Shown here one piece after another: positions 28,984-39,608 of a DNA stretch of 64,000 bases (position 1 is the stretch's first letter; each line of letters starts with the position of its first letter). This DNA comes from a bacterium (GTDB taxonomy: Bacteria > UBA10199 > 2-02-FULL-50-16 > JAJFLM01). The DNA is taken from positions 384,001-448,000 of the forward strand of contig CBDCFN010000016.1 of the NCBI GenBank assembly GCA_965216315.1, read 5' to 3'. Made by a program: the position numbers and the translations under genes. The notes beneath the pieces were generated by a model. It did no database searches. It had not been told where the DNA came from and saw only the letters and a program-made list of their open reading frames with translations.

Positions 28984-30876
28984 ATGTGCGGAATAGCAGG
29001 AATTTTTCATCCTTTCAATAGTCCTGTTGAGCAGAAACTAATCAATCACATGACAGCTGCTCTAGAGCATCGTGGTCCAGATGGGTCGGGGCAATATTGT
29101 CACGGATCTATTGGTTTAGGTCATCGACGCCTTGCAATCATTGATTTGTCAGATAAGGCAAGTCAGCCTATGCCTAATGAAGATAAAAGTATCTGGATGG
29201 TATGCAATGGAGAAATTTATAATTTTAAGGAATTACGTTGTGAATTAGAGCAACGAGGTCACGTATTTAGATCAGGCACGGATAGCGAAGTTATAATTCA
29301 CGGTTATGAAGAGGAAGGGATAGGGTTTGTTCGGAAACTTAATGGGATGTTCGCTTTTGCGCTTTGGGATTCTAATAAAGAACAATTGTACTTAGCTCGA
29401 GATCGTTATGGCATTAAGCCATTATATTATTACTTTAATGGTAAAATACTTATTTTTGCTTCTGAAATAAAAGCTATTTTAAGGCACCCCAAAGTTTCAG
29501 CTGAACTTAATTGCAATGCTTTGAATGAATATTTTACTTTTCAGAATCTTTTTCAATACCACACTCTCTTTAAGGGTGTAAGCATCGTCCCTCAAGCGAA
29601 TTACTTTCTCTTTAGGCAAGGGCAAGATGATTTTGAGCGGCACTGCTACTGGGACTACAATTTTACCGACCGCGATGAAGAGATGAGTGAAGAAGAGGCT
29701 AGTGCTGAGACGTTGCGTCTCATGAAACAGGCCACAGAGAGGCAATTAGTGGCAGATGTGTCGGTTGGGGCCTACCTTTCAGGGGGAATGGATTCGGGTT
29801 CTATCGTTGCGATTGCGTCCCAGCAGGTTCCACGCATTGCGACGTTCACATGTGGTTTTGATATGTCAGAGGTAACAGGCCGGGAGGCAAATTTTGATGA
29901 ACGCCGAGAGGCAGAATTTATAGCAAGTCATTTTGGTACAGAACATTATGAGCAAGTTCTTGGCGTGAATGATATCGAGTGGGCGCTTCCCAAGGTTGTT
30001 TGGCATCTCGAGGATTTGCGTCTAGGAATGTGCTATCCCAATTACTATATTTCGCGGCTCGCATCAAAATTTGTCAAAGTGTGCTTGTCGGGTGCCGGAG
30101 GTGACGAGCTATACGGTGGGTATCCATGGCGCTACTATCGATCATTTAGGTCGATTGATAGAGAGGCGTTCTTTGAAAAATACTATTTTGAATGGCAGAG
30201 GCTGGTTTCAGAGGAGGAAAAGCAATCATTTTTCACAAATGAGACTTGGAATCAAATAACGGATAGAGACGTTAGGCAAGCACTAAGTCGAGTTTTTACC
30301 TTTAATGAAGAATTAAGATACGACAATCCGGAAGATCATATTGCCAATTCATTGTATTTCGAAATTAAAACCTTCCTTCACGGTTTATTCCTTGTTCAGG
30401 ATAAGCTCTCAATGGCAAATGGTTTAGAAGAACGCGTACCATTTTTGGACAATGACCTTGTTGATTTTTCACAACGCGTTCCAATTAGACATAAGCTAAA
30501 AAATCTAACGCATATGAAGAGGCTTGATGAAGACGACTTTCATAAGCATGCGCGTTACTTCAGTGAGACAGATGATGGGAAAAATTGCCTCAGGAGCGCA
30601 ATGAATTCATTATTGCCAAACTCTATTGTCAATCGTCCTAAGCAAGGATTTAGTTCTCCCGATGAGTCATGGTATCGCGGTGAAGGGATTATGTATGTCA
30701 AGAAGATACTATTGGATAAAAAGTCGGTTTATAGGGACTTTATCAATCCCGATGAAGTAAGTCGCATCATAAATGAACACTGTGAACTAAACATTAATCA
30801 TCGCCTACTTATCTGGTCTTTGCTTTGCTTTGAATGGTGGTGTCGAATATTTCTGCGGGGAGATCGGTGGATATAA
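28984..30876 (+). CDS. asnB: Asparagine synthase (glutamine-hydrolysing)-like sugar amidotransferase
   Basis: MCGIAG, HRGPD, HRRLAIID, NGEIYN, LSGGMDS, GAGGDE, RVPFLD and KQGF. Confidence 0.92.
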   Translation: MCGIAGIFHPFNSPVEQKLINHMTAALEHRGPDGSGQYCHGSIGLGHRRLAIIDLSDKASQPMPNEDKSIWMVCNGEIYNFKELRCELEQRGHVFRSGTDSEVIIHGYEEEGIGFVRKLNGMFAFALWDSNKEQLYLARDRYGIKPLYYYFNGKILIFASEIKAILRHPKVSAELNCNALNEYFTFQNLFQYHTLFKGVSIVPQANYFLFRQGQDDFERHCYWDYNFTDRDEEMSEEEASAETLRLMKQATERQLVADVSVGAYLSGGMDSGSIVAIASQQVPRIATFTCGFDMSEVTGREANFDERREAEFIASHFGTEHYEQVLGVNDIEWALPKVVWHLEDLRLGMCYPNYYISRLASKFVKVCLSGAGGDELYGGYPWRYYRSFRSIDREAFFEKYYFEWQRLVSEEEKQSFFTNETWNQITDRDVRQALSRVFTFNEELRYDNPEDHIANSLYFEIKTFLHGLFLVQDKLSMANGLEERVPFLDNDLVDFSQRVPIRHKLKNLTHMKRLDEDDFHKHARYFSETDDGKNCLRSAMNSLLPNSIVNRPKQGFSSPDESWYRGEGIMYVKKILLDKKSVYRDFINPDEVSRIINEHCELNINHRLLIWSLLCFEWWCRIFLRGDRWI

Positions 30877-31730
30877 TCGTAACAGGCTCTACAGGCTTTC
30901 TTGGCCAGAATCTTGTAGAATTTCTTTCAGGAATAAATGAATGTAATGTTATTCCGGTTGCACCTGCAACAGGTTTTGATTTTCGGACAGATGATTGGTG
31001 CGATAATTTACCGTCGGCAGACATCGTTGTACATTTAGCGCAATCAAAAAAGTATAAAGATTTTCCAGCGTCGGCGGAAGACATTTATGCTGTCAATGTA
31101 TCATCAACGACAAAGCTTCTGGAGTGGGGACGCAAACAACAAATTAAGTCATTCATTTTTGCTTCAACCGGCAGTGTGTATAAAACGGATGGGAGCAGGA
31201 GCTATAAAGAAAGCGATATATGCGATCCGCAAAACTATTATGAGGCGTCTAAGCTGTGTGCAGAGCATCTAGTGAGCCAATATGGGCCTTTTTTCCCTGT
31301 CACGATACTTCGGATATTTAGTTTATATGGGCCACGGCAAGAAGGGAAGATGGTGCCAATGATTGTTAATAAAATTATGAATAATGAGAGCTTAGCACTT
31401 GCCCAGGGTGTAGGCCATAATTTCACGCCATTGTATATCGATGATGCTGTTAAGATGATTCAGTTGATAATTAGTAAAGGTCACCAAATAAATCTAACAA
31501 GTCCTCAAGTTCTAAATATAGCAGGTAAAGAAATAATAAGCCTGAGAGAAGTCGCACATATAATTGCACGTGAATTAGGAGAGAAAGTGACTATTGAAGA
31601 TATCAATGAGGAAGTTCGCTATCTGTGCGGTGATATATCAAAATTTAGGGATCTATTTGATTTTATACCGAAGTTTGATTTCCAGAGCGGGATTAAAGAG
31701 ACCTTGGCGAGTCGGTTGGCTGATAATTAG
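30867..31730 (+). CDS. NAD-dependent epimerase/dehydratase (SDR)
   Basis: TGSTGFLG, HLAQS, YEASK and R.FSLYGP. GTG 30867 follows GGGGAG. Confidence 0.87.
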   Translation: MDIIVTGSTGFLGQNLVEFLSGINECNVIPVAPATGFDFRTDDWCDNLPSADIVVHLAQSKKYKDFPASAEDIYAVNVSSTTKLLEWGRKQQIKSFIFASTGSVYKTDGSRSYKESDICDPQNYYEASKLCAEHLVSQYGPFFPVTILRIFSLYGPRQEGKMVPMIVNKIMNNESLALAQGVGHNFTPLYIDDAVKMIQLIISKGHQINLTSPQVLNIAGKEIISLREVAHIIARELGEKVTIEDINEEVRYLCGDISKFRDLFDFIPKFDFQSGIKETLASRLADN

Positions 31731-31742
31731 CTTCATAAACAA

Positions 31743-32468
31743 TTGTCGAAAAATAAGATATACATAACCTTTGATATTGAGTGGTCACACGATGAAGTTC
31801 TATCTGAGTGCATAGATCTGTGTGAAGAATATCGAGTGAGGGCAACTTTTTTTGCTACTCACGATACTCCCTTGCTTGATAGAATCCGGGCGAATCCTAA
31901 TTTTGAATTAGGCATTCATCCCAACTTCAATCCGCTGTTGGAGAAAAGCGACTCGGCTACGGATGCGGTCACATCAATCGATGGATTAAAGAAGATTGTG
32001 CCTGAGGCGAAGGCGATTCGTAGTCATTCACTCGTGCAAAGCTCACGATTGCTCGACTTATTTCATGAATACGGTTTTACCCATGATGTTAATACATTCA
32101 TCCCCTTTCAATCCAATATTGAATTGAAGCCTTGGACTGATTGGAATCATACGATTCGTGTTCCTTTTTATTGGGAAGACGATCTAAATTGCCATTTCCA
32201 GGAAGATTGGCAGGTTAAAAAGGTTCTGAAAAGGCCAGGACTTCGGGTTTTTAATTTTCATCCGATACATATTTTTTTGAATTCTACGGATATGACAAAT
32301 TATGAATCATCTCGTCGCTATCATAACACGCCCGAAAAATTGCGGGAATACGTATCATCTGTGGAATGCGGTGGTACCAGAAGGTTCCTTCTCGATTTAT
32401 TTCATCAGGCAAGTGAAGTAGGTTTAGATTACGGCTTAATTAATGAGATATCGTTGTTGAGTTATTGA
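31743..32468 (+). CDS. Polysaccharide deacetylase-like protein (WbmS-like)
   Basis: TFDIEW, ATFFATH, ELGIHPNF, RSHSL, WEDD and FNFHPIH. Confidence 0.8.
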   Translation: MSKNKIYITFDIEWSHDEVLSECIDLCEEYRVRATFFATHDTPLLDRIRANPNFELGIHPNFNPLLEKSDSATDAVTSIDGLKKIVPEAKAIRSHSLVQSSRLLDLFHEYGFTHDVNTFIPFQSNIELKPWTDWNHTIRVPFYWEDDLNCHFQEDWQVKKVLKRPGLRVFNFHPIHIFLNSTDMTNYESSRRYHNTPEKLREYVSSVECGGTRRFLLDLFHQASEVGLDYGLINEISLLSY

Positions 32469-34090
32469 TGAGTGAGCACGCATCAAAACTATTCAGAGGA
32501 TTTGGGGAAAAAATTCGGTCCTCATTTGTTCTTCAGTTAATTATCATAATCTTTCTAGAGAAGTTATTCCTCTTGGTATGCGTTCGTATGAGGTTGCCCG
32601 AGAGTTCCTATCATTCAGCCGTGCTGTTTATCGAAATTTTCAAAGATCCAATGATGGCAATAGCATTAATTGTGTCATTTTTTTGCCTTGTCCCCACACT
32701 TAAAGAGAATCAGTGGAAAAAATTCGATTATCATGTGCAGCTGAGATTGCTGATTTTCCTCATTGCGGCGATCATTGCATGGAAGTATTCGACCTATACG
32801 TATAACTACTATTACGATCAATCACACTATATCGATCGATTTATCTTAATATTTCTAGCATTAGGCCTACTATATCATCCACTATTTTTGGCGCCATTTC
32901 TGTTTTTTGCAGGTGTAGTCATTAACCAATTCCATTACCCATTATTGACATATTCATGGACTGAGAAGTTACTGCTATTCGATATTCTTTTTATTATAAA
33001 TGCATGCTTGATTTTAAGGGCCTTTGTAAAAAAAATTAATACTCGTCATTTAATATTCTTAGGATTGTGTGTAATTGGCGCCAATTATTTTAGTGCAGGG
33101 ATAAAAAAGTTAGAGATTAGCCCCCATTTATATGAATGGGTGATAGAAAACCGTATGCACTACATTACAGCTGTTATGAACTATCGGGGATGGCTGGACA
33201 CTTTAGATCAGGGTTTGGTCCAGGGATTAATCAAATTTATAAAACTTACTGATATTCCACTGCAGTTGCTTGCAGTTATCCTGGAATTAGGTGCCATTCT
33301 GATTCTCGTTAAGAGGAGACTGACAATACTAGCGCTCATCTGTTTGCCTTGCCTCAATTTTATGATTTTTTTAGTCTCTGGGCTTTTCTTTTGGGAGTGG
33401 ATGATTCTCAACATGGCATTCTTAGTATGTATCTTGAGCCTTCCCTATAAGTATTTAAATAAATTATATCAGAAAAAGTATGTGATAGCCTCAATAGCAC
33501 TCATAGCATTAGGGCGCCTTGTTTTTTATCCTGTTAAATTGGGTTGGTGGGATACTAATATAGTTACTTCGTTTAAAGTCGAACAAATTGATGATCAAGG
33601 AAGAAAGTATTTCGTTAATCCTCATGATATTTCAGGTTACGATTATACATTTGGTAATGGAATATTTTGTTATTTGATTAAGCAAAAAGCGCTGACGTGC
33701 AGTGGTGCAGCTGATTATGAGATAACAAAGGCTCTTTATGATGCAGATGCCTCGGATATTTCTCAGTTGAAAGAGGCGCACGGCCAAATCCTGTATGATC
33801 CCAAAAAAGAACGGGTCTTTAAGGAATTCATAATGAGATATTTTTCGAATGCAAATGATTTGAAGGGCGATAAGAAGTTAATGATATCTAAATTTAAGGC
33901 ACCAGCTCATATATGGGGCTCAATGAAAATTTATTCAAAGCCAGCATATGGCACGCAAATACGTCAAATTAATGTCAAATATGAAGAGCTTATTTTTGAT
34001 GATGAAAAAGAAGAGTTTGTACAATTAGCAGATCTTATTGTGGCGGAGGTCGATTTGCCGCCTCGGAAACGACTTCATGGTGTAAGGTAG
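32465..34090 (+). CDS. Polytopic membrane protein, HTTM-like
   Basis: About 11 TM segments, YFSAGIKKL...W, ELG and F.IF..SG.FF.EW motifs, soluble C-terminal domain. Confidence 0.6.
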   Translation: MMSEHASKLFRGFGEKIRSSFVLQLIIIIFLEKLFLLVCVRMRLPESSYHSAVLFIEIFKDPMMAIALIVSFFCLVPTLKENQWKKFDYHVQLRLLIFLIAAIIAWKYSTYTYNYYYDQSHYIDRFILIFLALGLLYHPLFLAPFLFFAGVVINQFHYPLLTYSWTEKLLLFDILFIINACLILRAFVKKINTRHLIFLGLCVIGANYFSAGIKKLEISPHLYEWVIENRMHYITAVMNYRGWLDTLDQGLVQGLIKFIKLTDIPLQLLAVILELGAILILVKRRLTILALICLPCLNFMIFLVSGLFFWEWMILNMAFLVCILSLPYKYLNKLYQKKYVIASIALIALGRLVFYPVKLGWWDTNIVTSFKVEQIDDQGRKYFVNPHDISGYDYTFGNGIFCYLIKQKALTCSGAADYEITKALYDADASDISQLKEAHGQILYDPKKERVFKEFIMRYFSNANDLKGDKKLMISKFKAPAHIWGSMKIYSKPAYGTQIRQINVKYEELIFDDEKEEFVQLADLIVAEVDLPPRKRLHGVR

Positions 34091-35073
34091 TGTCCGATAT
34101 TCATATAAAGAGATGTTCGTCTGAATATTATCCGGTTTGGAACCAGTTTATTGAAAACTCTAACAATGGATCTATTTTTCATAGGACTGATTTTCTCCAA
34201 TATCATGGAAGCAGGTTTGATGACAATGAACATCACCTCATGTGGTATAAGGGAGAAAGCCCATATGCCTTGTTGCCGCTTGGAATTTTTATAGAAGATG
34301 GCAGAAAAGTGGCGCGATCACCTTATGGGGCAAGTTGGGGGGGGTTTGTTGCAGGGGGTAAGCTAAAGCTGAAATATGCGTTAAATCTCGTCGATTCGCT
34401 AATGGAGTATCTAGTGCAGCTGGGGATAGAAGAGTGCTACATTACCATGCCTCCACCATGTTATTATAACGAGTACACCAATTTTTTTGAGTTTGCGTTA
34501 ACGACTCATGGTTTTTCCCCTGAGAATCGGGAAATTACACATGTTGTATCATTGCCGATGAAAGAGGCTGATGTCTGGACCTGCTTAGATAGTAAGTCAA
34601 GAAATCAAGCTAGAAAGGGGCTCAAACTATTTGAGATACAGCAAAACGTAGAGGCAGAAAAGTTTTATCCGATACTTTTAGAAGATAAAATGCGTCATGG
34701 AGAAGCGCTTCCGACACATTCTTTAAATGATTTAAAGTATCTTCAGGGACATGAATCTAAGTTCATATCATTTGATATTGGGATAGATGAGAAGGGCGCA
34801 AAAGCAGGAATTTGTTATTTCCATGCTAATGGTAGCTGTTTGACTGTTTTCTACATGGCCCAGGAGAATAAAGCACTTGGTTTGAATGGCATGAACGCTC
34901 TTGTTCTCCATGGTATGCAACGTGCAGTTAGAGAAGGTTACCGATATTTTGATTTTGGGTGTTCATCGTATCATACGAGAATCCAAAATATCGGTCTTGC
35001 TGAATTTAAAGAAGGGTTTGGCGCAAGTGGAATGTTTAGAGATACATACTGTTGTTCGCTTAACTCTGATTGA
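34090..35073 (+). CDS. GNAT/FemAB-like acyltransferase
   Basis: W..F...S.NGSIFH...FL.YH, SPYGA.WGG, R...RK and YFDFG.S.......GL..FKEGFGA. Confidence 0.82.
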   Translation: MSDIHIKRCSSEYYPVWNQFIENSNNGSIFHRTDFLQYHGSRFDDNEHHLMWYKGESPYALLPLGIFIEDGRKVARSPYGASWGGFVAGGKLKLKYALNLVDSLMEYLVQLGIEECYITMPPPCYYNEYTNFFEFALTTHGFSPENREITHVVSLPMKEADVWTCLDSKSRNQARKGLKLFEIQQNVEAEKFYPILLEDKMRHGEALPTHSLNDLKYLQGHESKFISFDIGIDEKGAKAGICYFHANGSCLTVFYMAQENKALGLNGMNALVLHGMQRAVREGYRYFDFGCSSYHTRIQNIGLAEFKEGFGASGMFRDTYCCSLNSD

Positions 35074-35099
35074 AAATTTCTTTATGATGGAGGGGTATC

Positions 35100-35732
35100 A
35101 TGAAAACTGTTGAAGAGTGGGCTCAATATTATGATGCTAAAGATGAATCTATAATTAACCCTATAGAATTGGTTGAGCATTGTGCCGGCGGCGTGCCATT
35201 TGCGGAGGATGTGCATCGTAAGGCAATTTTAGAGCCTGTTATTGAAAAGCTTGAATTGGAGCCGCATCATGAGTTTTTGGAGATTGGCTGCGGTTCAGGT
35301 TTATTTTTGAAAGCAATTGAAAAGAAAGTAAAAAAAAGTATTGGCGTTGATATTAGCAAGAGAATGCTTAACAGCTTTACATGTAAGTCGGAAAAATTCT
35401 TATGTGCAGCGCATAACTTGCCATTCGAAAAAGAATCGTTTGATCGTGTCTTAATGTATAGTGTGGCTGTGCAGTTTGAGTCATTTGAGTATTTAGTATC
35501 GGTCATTAATCATGTGATGCCGCTTCTTAGGAAGAACGGAATCTTTTTAGTGGGTGATCTACTTCTAGGTGAGCAAAATAAAAAGAGCCAATATATCTTT
35601 TATGACAAGCATAGGCTAATAGATTATTTGGATACTCTTGGGTATCCATACAGTATCGTGTGTCCGCCACGCCTGAAACGCACGATCAATAATCGTCAGG
35701 ATGTTATTATTTACAAAGATGATAATAACTGA
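35100..35732 (+). CDS. Class I SAM-dependent methyltransferase
   Basis: LEIGCGSG, GVDIS..ML and LPF...SFD. Confidence 0.88.
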   Translation: MKTVEEWAQYYDAKDESIINPIELVEHCAGGVPFAEDVHRKAILEPVIEKLELEPHHEFLEIGCGSGLFLKAIEKKVKKSIGVDISKRMLNSFTCKSEKFLCAAHNLPFEKESFDRVLMYSVAVQFESFEYLVSVINHVMPLLRKNGIFLVGDLLLGEQNKKSQYIFYDKHRLIDYLDTLGYPYSIVCPPRLKRTINNRQDVIIYKDDNN

Positions 35733-35765
35733 TTTCTCATTTTTTAATCAACTCAGACATACGTA

Positions 35766-37361
35766 ATGATTTCAACAAAATATATGATTGAGCTCGGACT
35801 TATACTGGTTTTGGGTGGATCTCTTCGCTTTTTGTTTATCCTTAGTAGTACGACAGACCATGGCTACCATCTACGCAATATAAAGTGGGTAAAGGAAAAC
35901 GGATTTAAATTTCCACTCGTAAGTGATTCCATTGTGTGTGGAAGGAATATCTATCCGCCTTTACCCCATTGGATTATTTCTCTTTTCCCAAGGAGTAGAT
36001 GGAATGCTGTCGGCAGGATTCTGAATATAGTCTATGATCTATTTTCAATCATTATTATTTATATATTTTCGACTATCTTGTTTGAAAAGGGTAGCTGGTT
36101 CCATCAATTAAGGGCCGATTGGATGATATTATCTCCTGGAGGCTGGGTAACGCTTCTTTATTCAACATCTCCTCTTCTATTTCCAATTACAGCGAGATTA
36201 AAGACGATCGGCGGTAGAACGCTAGGTCATATGCTGACAAATTTGTATCTTGCTATAATGGGTTACGCTATTATTTTTGGAAATCATTGGTTGTTGATAG
36301 CATGTATACCCGTCGGTATTGCTGCTATACTTGCATCAATTTTTGCAATGCAGACACTGATTTTATATTCATTATTTTTATCGGTATTCTTATTTGATTT
36401 TTATCCAGTCTTGACAATATTCTGTGTGATAGCTGTTGGAATTATATTGCCAGGTCTTCATATTAGAACGCTTTTTCTTCAAAACTTTTACCATTACAAG
36501 TGGTATCTGCGCAGTATTAAGAGAGGTTCTCCAATAGAAAACCGTAATACTGCAAAAACACTTATGTCGTTACCAAGGGATCTTATCCACAATAAGATGC
36601 GATTCGTAAGAAATTTGTTTGAAAATAACTCATTCTTTATAGCAATCTATTCTCTTCCGGCGCTTATTCCGGTTTTATATTGGACCATAGCTTCTAATAG
36701 CGTCTCTACAGAAGGACACGCTTATCCGATATTTTTCATTGCCATGCTATTTTCCTCCATAGCAATATTTCTTCTCACATCATTTTGGCCCCTGATAATA
36801 CTTGGGCAAGCGGAGCGCTATCTGGAGAGTGTTTCTCCGTATATTATGGTGCTATTGCTTGTCCATGTGGTTGAAAGAAATCTCTTTTTTTTATTATCGC
36901 TATTTTTTCTCATAAACTTTGTGTTTATTATTGCCAATTTTATTTTGATAATGGGGAAAGAATATTTATCGCAATTGGTAACTAAACCAGATGATAAATT
37001 AAAGCCGGTGCTAGAAATGCTTGGTAATATGAGAGAGCCAAGAATCATGACAATCCCTACGCGATTAGCTTATATTGTCTCTACTTATCTCGATCATAAC
37101 AATGCATCATATTGCTATGATTGGATAACACAGGACGGCAGTGGATATCAGTACATGATAAAAGAGCGCGAACGCTATCAGTATCCGATGACAAATTTAA
37201 GGTACTATACTGAAAAGTACAAAGTGAATACTTTTATTGTGTCAAAAAAGTCGCTGGCTAAGGCACGGGACCAAAATATTCAATATGACTTTTCTAAGAG
37301 CCTTCTCTTGATGGAAAACGACTTATATATGGTGTACGGTTCGTGTGATAACGCTGTATAG
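35766..37361 (+). CDS. Polytopic membrane protein, GT-C-fold glycosyltransferase-like
   Basis: About 12 TM segments, an early Asp (TDH) and YPPL.HW loop, a late ERY motif and a soluble C-terminal domain. Confidence 0.55.
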   Translation: MISTKYMIELGLILVLGGSLRFLFILSSTTDHGYHLRNIKWVKENGFKFPLVSDSIVCGRNIYPPLPHWIISLFPRSRWNAVGRILNIVYDLFSIIIIYIFSTILFEKGSWFHQLRADWMILSPGGWVTLLYSTSPLLFPITARLKTIGGRTLGHMLTNLYLAIMGYAIIFGNHWLLIACIPVGIAAILASIFAMQTLILYSLFLSVFLFDFYPVLTIFCVIAVGIILPGLHIRTLFLQNFYHYKWYLRSIKRGSPIENRNTAKTLMSLPRDLIHNKMRFVRNLFENNSFFIAIYSLPALIPVLYWTIASNSVSTEGHAYPIFFIAMLFSSIAIFLLTSFWPLIILGQAERYLESVSPYIMVLLLVHVVERNLFFLLSLFFLINFVFIIANFILIMGKEYLSQLVTKPDDKLKPVLEMLGNMREPRIMTIPTRLAYIVSTYLDHNNASYCYDWITQDGSGYQYMIKERERYQYPMTNLRYYTEKYKVNTFIVSKKSLAKARDQNIQYDFSKSLLLMENDLYMVYGSCDNAV

Positions 37362-37387
37362 TAAGTTAAAATTATATCCTTCTAATA

Positions 37388-38845
37388 GTGTCTAATCGAG
37401 TTCATTACAAAGCAGTTCTCAGAGATATGATGCTCTATGGCGTGCTTGGGGTCAGTACGCAGCTTGCAAATATCCTGTTATTACCTTTTTTAACGCGTCT
37501 TTTTACTATAAAAGAATATGGGGTAATCGAGCTCGTAACAGTAGCCGGGAATTTTGCAAATATTGTTATGACTCTCTGTATTTCATCAGGATTGCTGAGA
37601 TTCTATTACGAAGAAGCTGGGGAAAATCGTAAAAAATTAATTTCTACCTTGTTTTGGTTTGTTGTTGTCCTTTCTATATGCGTTTGCATTATTCTAATGA
37701 CTATTACACCATCAATTGTAGGGGTTACGGTAAGAAATAAGTTGTACGGTCCTTATTTTTGCTTGGGTTGGATTTGGGCTGCTATCATGGCGCCTGCGTC
37801 GATTTTAAATACATTATTAAGGGCCGAACGAAGGATTGTGGGTTATGGGCTTTTGAATATTTTGCTACTCGTTACTAATATTGGGTTCGCTATTTTACTT
37901 GTGGGTTATTACAATACAGGTATCGAAGGTGTCTTTGTAGCGATGGTTTTAAGTTCTCTGGTGGCACTAATTGTCGGCCTTGTCTTGACGAGAAATTCGC
38001 TGGAATTTTCGTTTTCTTGGAATATATGTAGAGGCGTATTGAGCTATAGTTTGCCTCAGGTCCCAGCTGTATTAACTGGTTGGGTTAACCAAAGAGGTAC
38101 TCGGTATATAATAACTTTTTATATGACGTTGAGCGCTGTTGGTATTTATGGAGTAGGAGTTCATTTAGCGGCTATAATTTCTTTCATTGTATCAGCATTT
38201 CAAAAAACGTGGAGCCCATATGTTATGAAAATTATGGCCCACGAATCATTTGAAAGTGTTAATAGGAAAATTCTGTCTCTTTATGTGGGTGGCTGTGTTG
38301 TAATCAGTTTACTATTTCTAACTATTTCAAGAGAAGTATGCGTCATTTTCTTGGATGAAAAATATCTAACAGCACTTCCACTTCTTCCATGGCTCATGGG
38401 AGGTGTAATAATCAGAGGCTCAGGAAATATTACGTCAATAGGTATAAGCATACGCAAGAAAACTAGCAAGCAAAGTGTTGCTGCATGGATTGGGGTAGTA
38501 TGCAATATTATTGTTACTTTTATGTTGATTCCAATAATTGGAATGATTGGTGCTGCAATATCTTTCTTTTGTGCTGAATTAATAACTACGATCATTCTTG
38601 CGCGATATACATATACCTACAACCTCATTAGGTTTGAGCACAAAACGCTAGCATTTTTATTTATTTCTTATTTAGCTTGGAGCCAAGGAATTACGTTGAT
38701 GTCTATTTATGTAGATTCAATTGTATTGCGATATTGTACCGGGCTGATAGGAGCTGCTTTAATTATTTATTACCTAAATATTTTCAGTGTAATAATCCAG
38801 TCGGTGAAAAAAAGACTCACTGTCGACGCAGTTGCAGATATATAA
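37388..38845 (+). CDS. wzx: Wzx-type oligosaccharide flippase (1)
   Basis: LLLPFLTRLF...EYG, YSLP and VGIY.V motifs, about 14 TM segments. Confidence 0.88.
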   Translation: MSNRVHYKAVLRDMMLYGVLGVSTQLANILLLPFLTRLFTIKEYGVIELVTVAGNFANIVMTLCISSGLLRFYYEEAGENRKKLISTLFWFVVVLSICVCIILMTITPSIVGVTVRNKLYGPYFCLGWIWAAIMAPASILNTLLRAERRIVGYGLLNILLLVTNIGFAILLVGYYNTGIEGVFVAMVLSSLVALIVGLVLTRNSLEFSFSWNICRGVLSYSLPQVPAVLTGWVNQRGTRYIITFYMTLSAVGIYGVGVHLAAIISFIVSAFQKTWSPYVMKIMAHESFESVNRKILSLYVGGCVVISLLFLTISREVCVIFLDEKYLTALPLLPWLMGGVIIRGSGNITSIGISIRKKTSKQSVAAWIGVVCNIIVTFMLIPIIGMIGAAISFFCAELITTIILARYTYTYNLIRFEHKTLAFLFISYLAWSQGITLMSIYVDSIVLRYCTGLIGAALIIYYLNIFSVIIQSVKKRLTVDAVADI

Positions 38846-38879
38846 ACTAAGTCGACAAAAATTCCAAAAAAATAGTTAT

Positions 38880-39608
38880 ATGCTGATTGAATTTACAGGA
38901 TGCACGGGAGCGGGCAAGACCACTCTTTCTGGCTATGTTATTGATGCATTAAGGAAGAGTGGAAAGAGTACGGTTAGTGTGCATTCAGCTGTTTCGAAAG
39001 CACCTAATGAGTCACTGAGAAATATTTATTGGGAATTGCGCTCACTAGGAGTGCTAATCACTAGTTTGAAAAGAAATCATAAATTTTTTAAATTTGCTAT
39101 TAAAACTCTCTGGAAAAAAGCCGATTCGAAATGGACAGCTCTAAATCTATTCAGGAGCATTATGAGGAAGATTGGAATTTCTGAATATCACCGTATGAAA
39201 TATACGGATTCAGAAATGGTGATTATGGATGAGGGTCCTTTTCACGCCGCCCATCAATTATTTGTACACTTAAATTCAGAGCCATCCGATCAAGATTTAC
39301 AAGAATTTCTTCGGCTTGTGCCTTGTCCTGACTACATTGTCAATGTCACAGCACCGAAAGAAATTATAATGAATAGGACGCTTATGAGAAATGACCCCCC
39401 TCGCAGAAGAGGTCTCGTCGAATCGTTACCGCAATATGTTAATCAAGCTTATAAGGTATACGGGCGTGTATTTTCTCAAGAAAACATGCCCATTAACGTT
39501 GCCATTGTAGATTTTTCTAGAGATAGCGTAGATGAATCCAAGGCTATCGCTTCTCAGGTTGCATCGCAAATAATCAAAATGCAGGCCAATGCTAACGCTA
39601 GTAAGTGA
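38880..39608 (+). CDS. P-loop NMP-kinase-like (thymidylate-kinase-like) protein
   Basis: IEFTGCTGAGKTT Walker A, hhhDEG, PD.IV.V and a lid R...R. Confidence 0.75.
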   Translation: MLIEFTGCTGAGKTTLSGYVIDALRKSGKSTVSVHSAVSKAPNESLRNIYWELRSLGVLITSLKRNHKFFKFAIKTLWKKADSKWTALNLFRSIMRKIGISEYHRMKYTDSEMVIMDEGPFHAAHQLFVHLNSEPSDQDLQEFLRLVPCPDYIVNVTAPKEIIMNRTLMRNDPPRRRGLVESLPQYVNQAYKVYGRVFSQENMPINVAIVDFSRDSVDESKAIASQVASQIIKMQANANASK

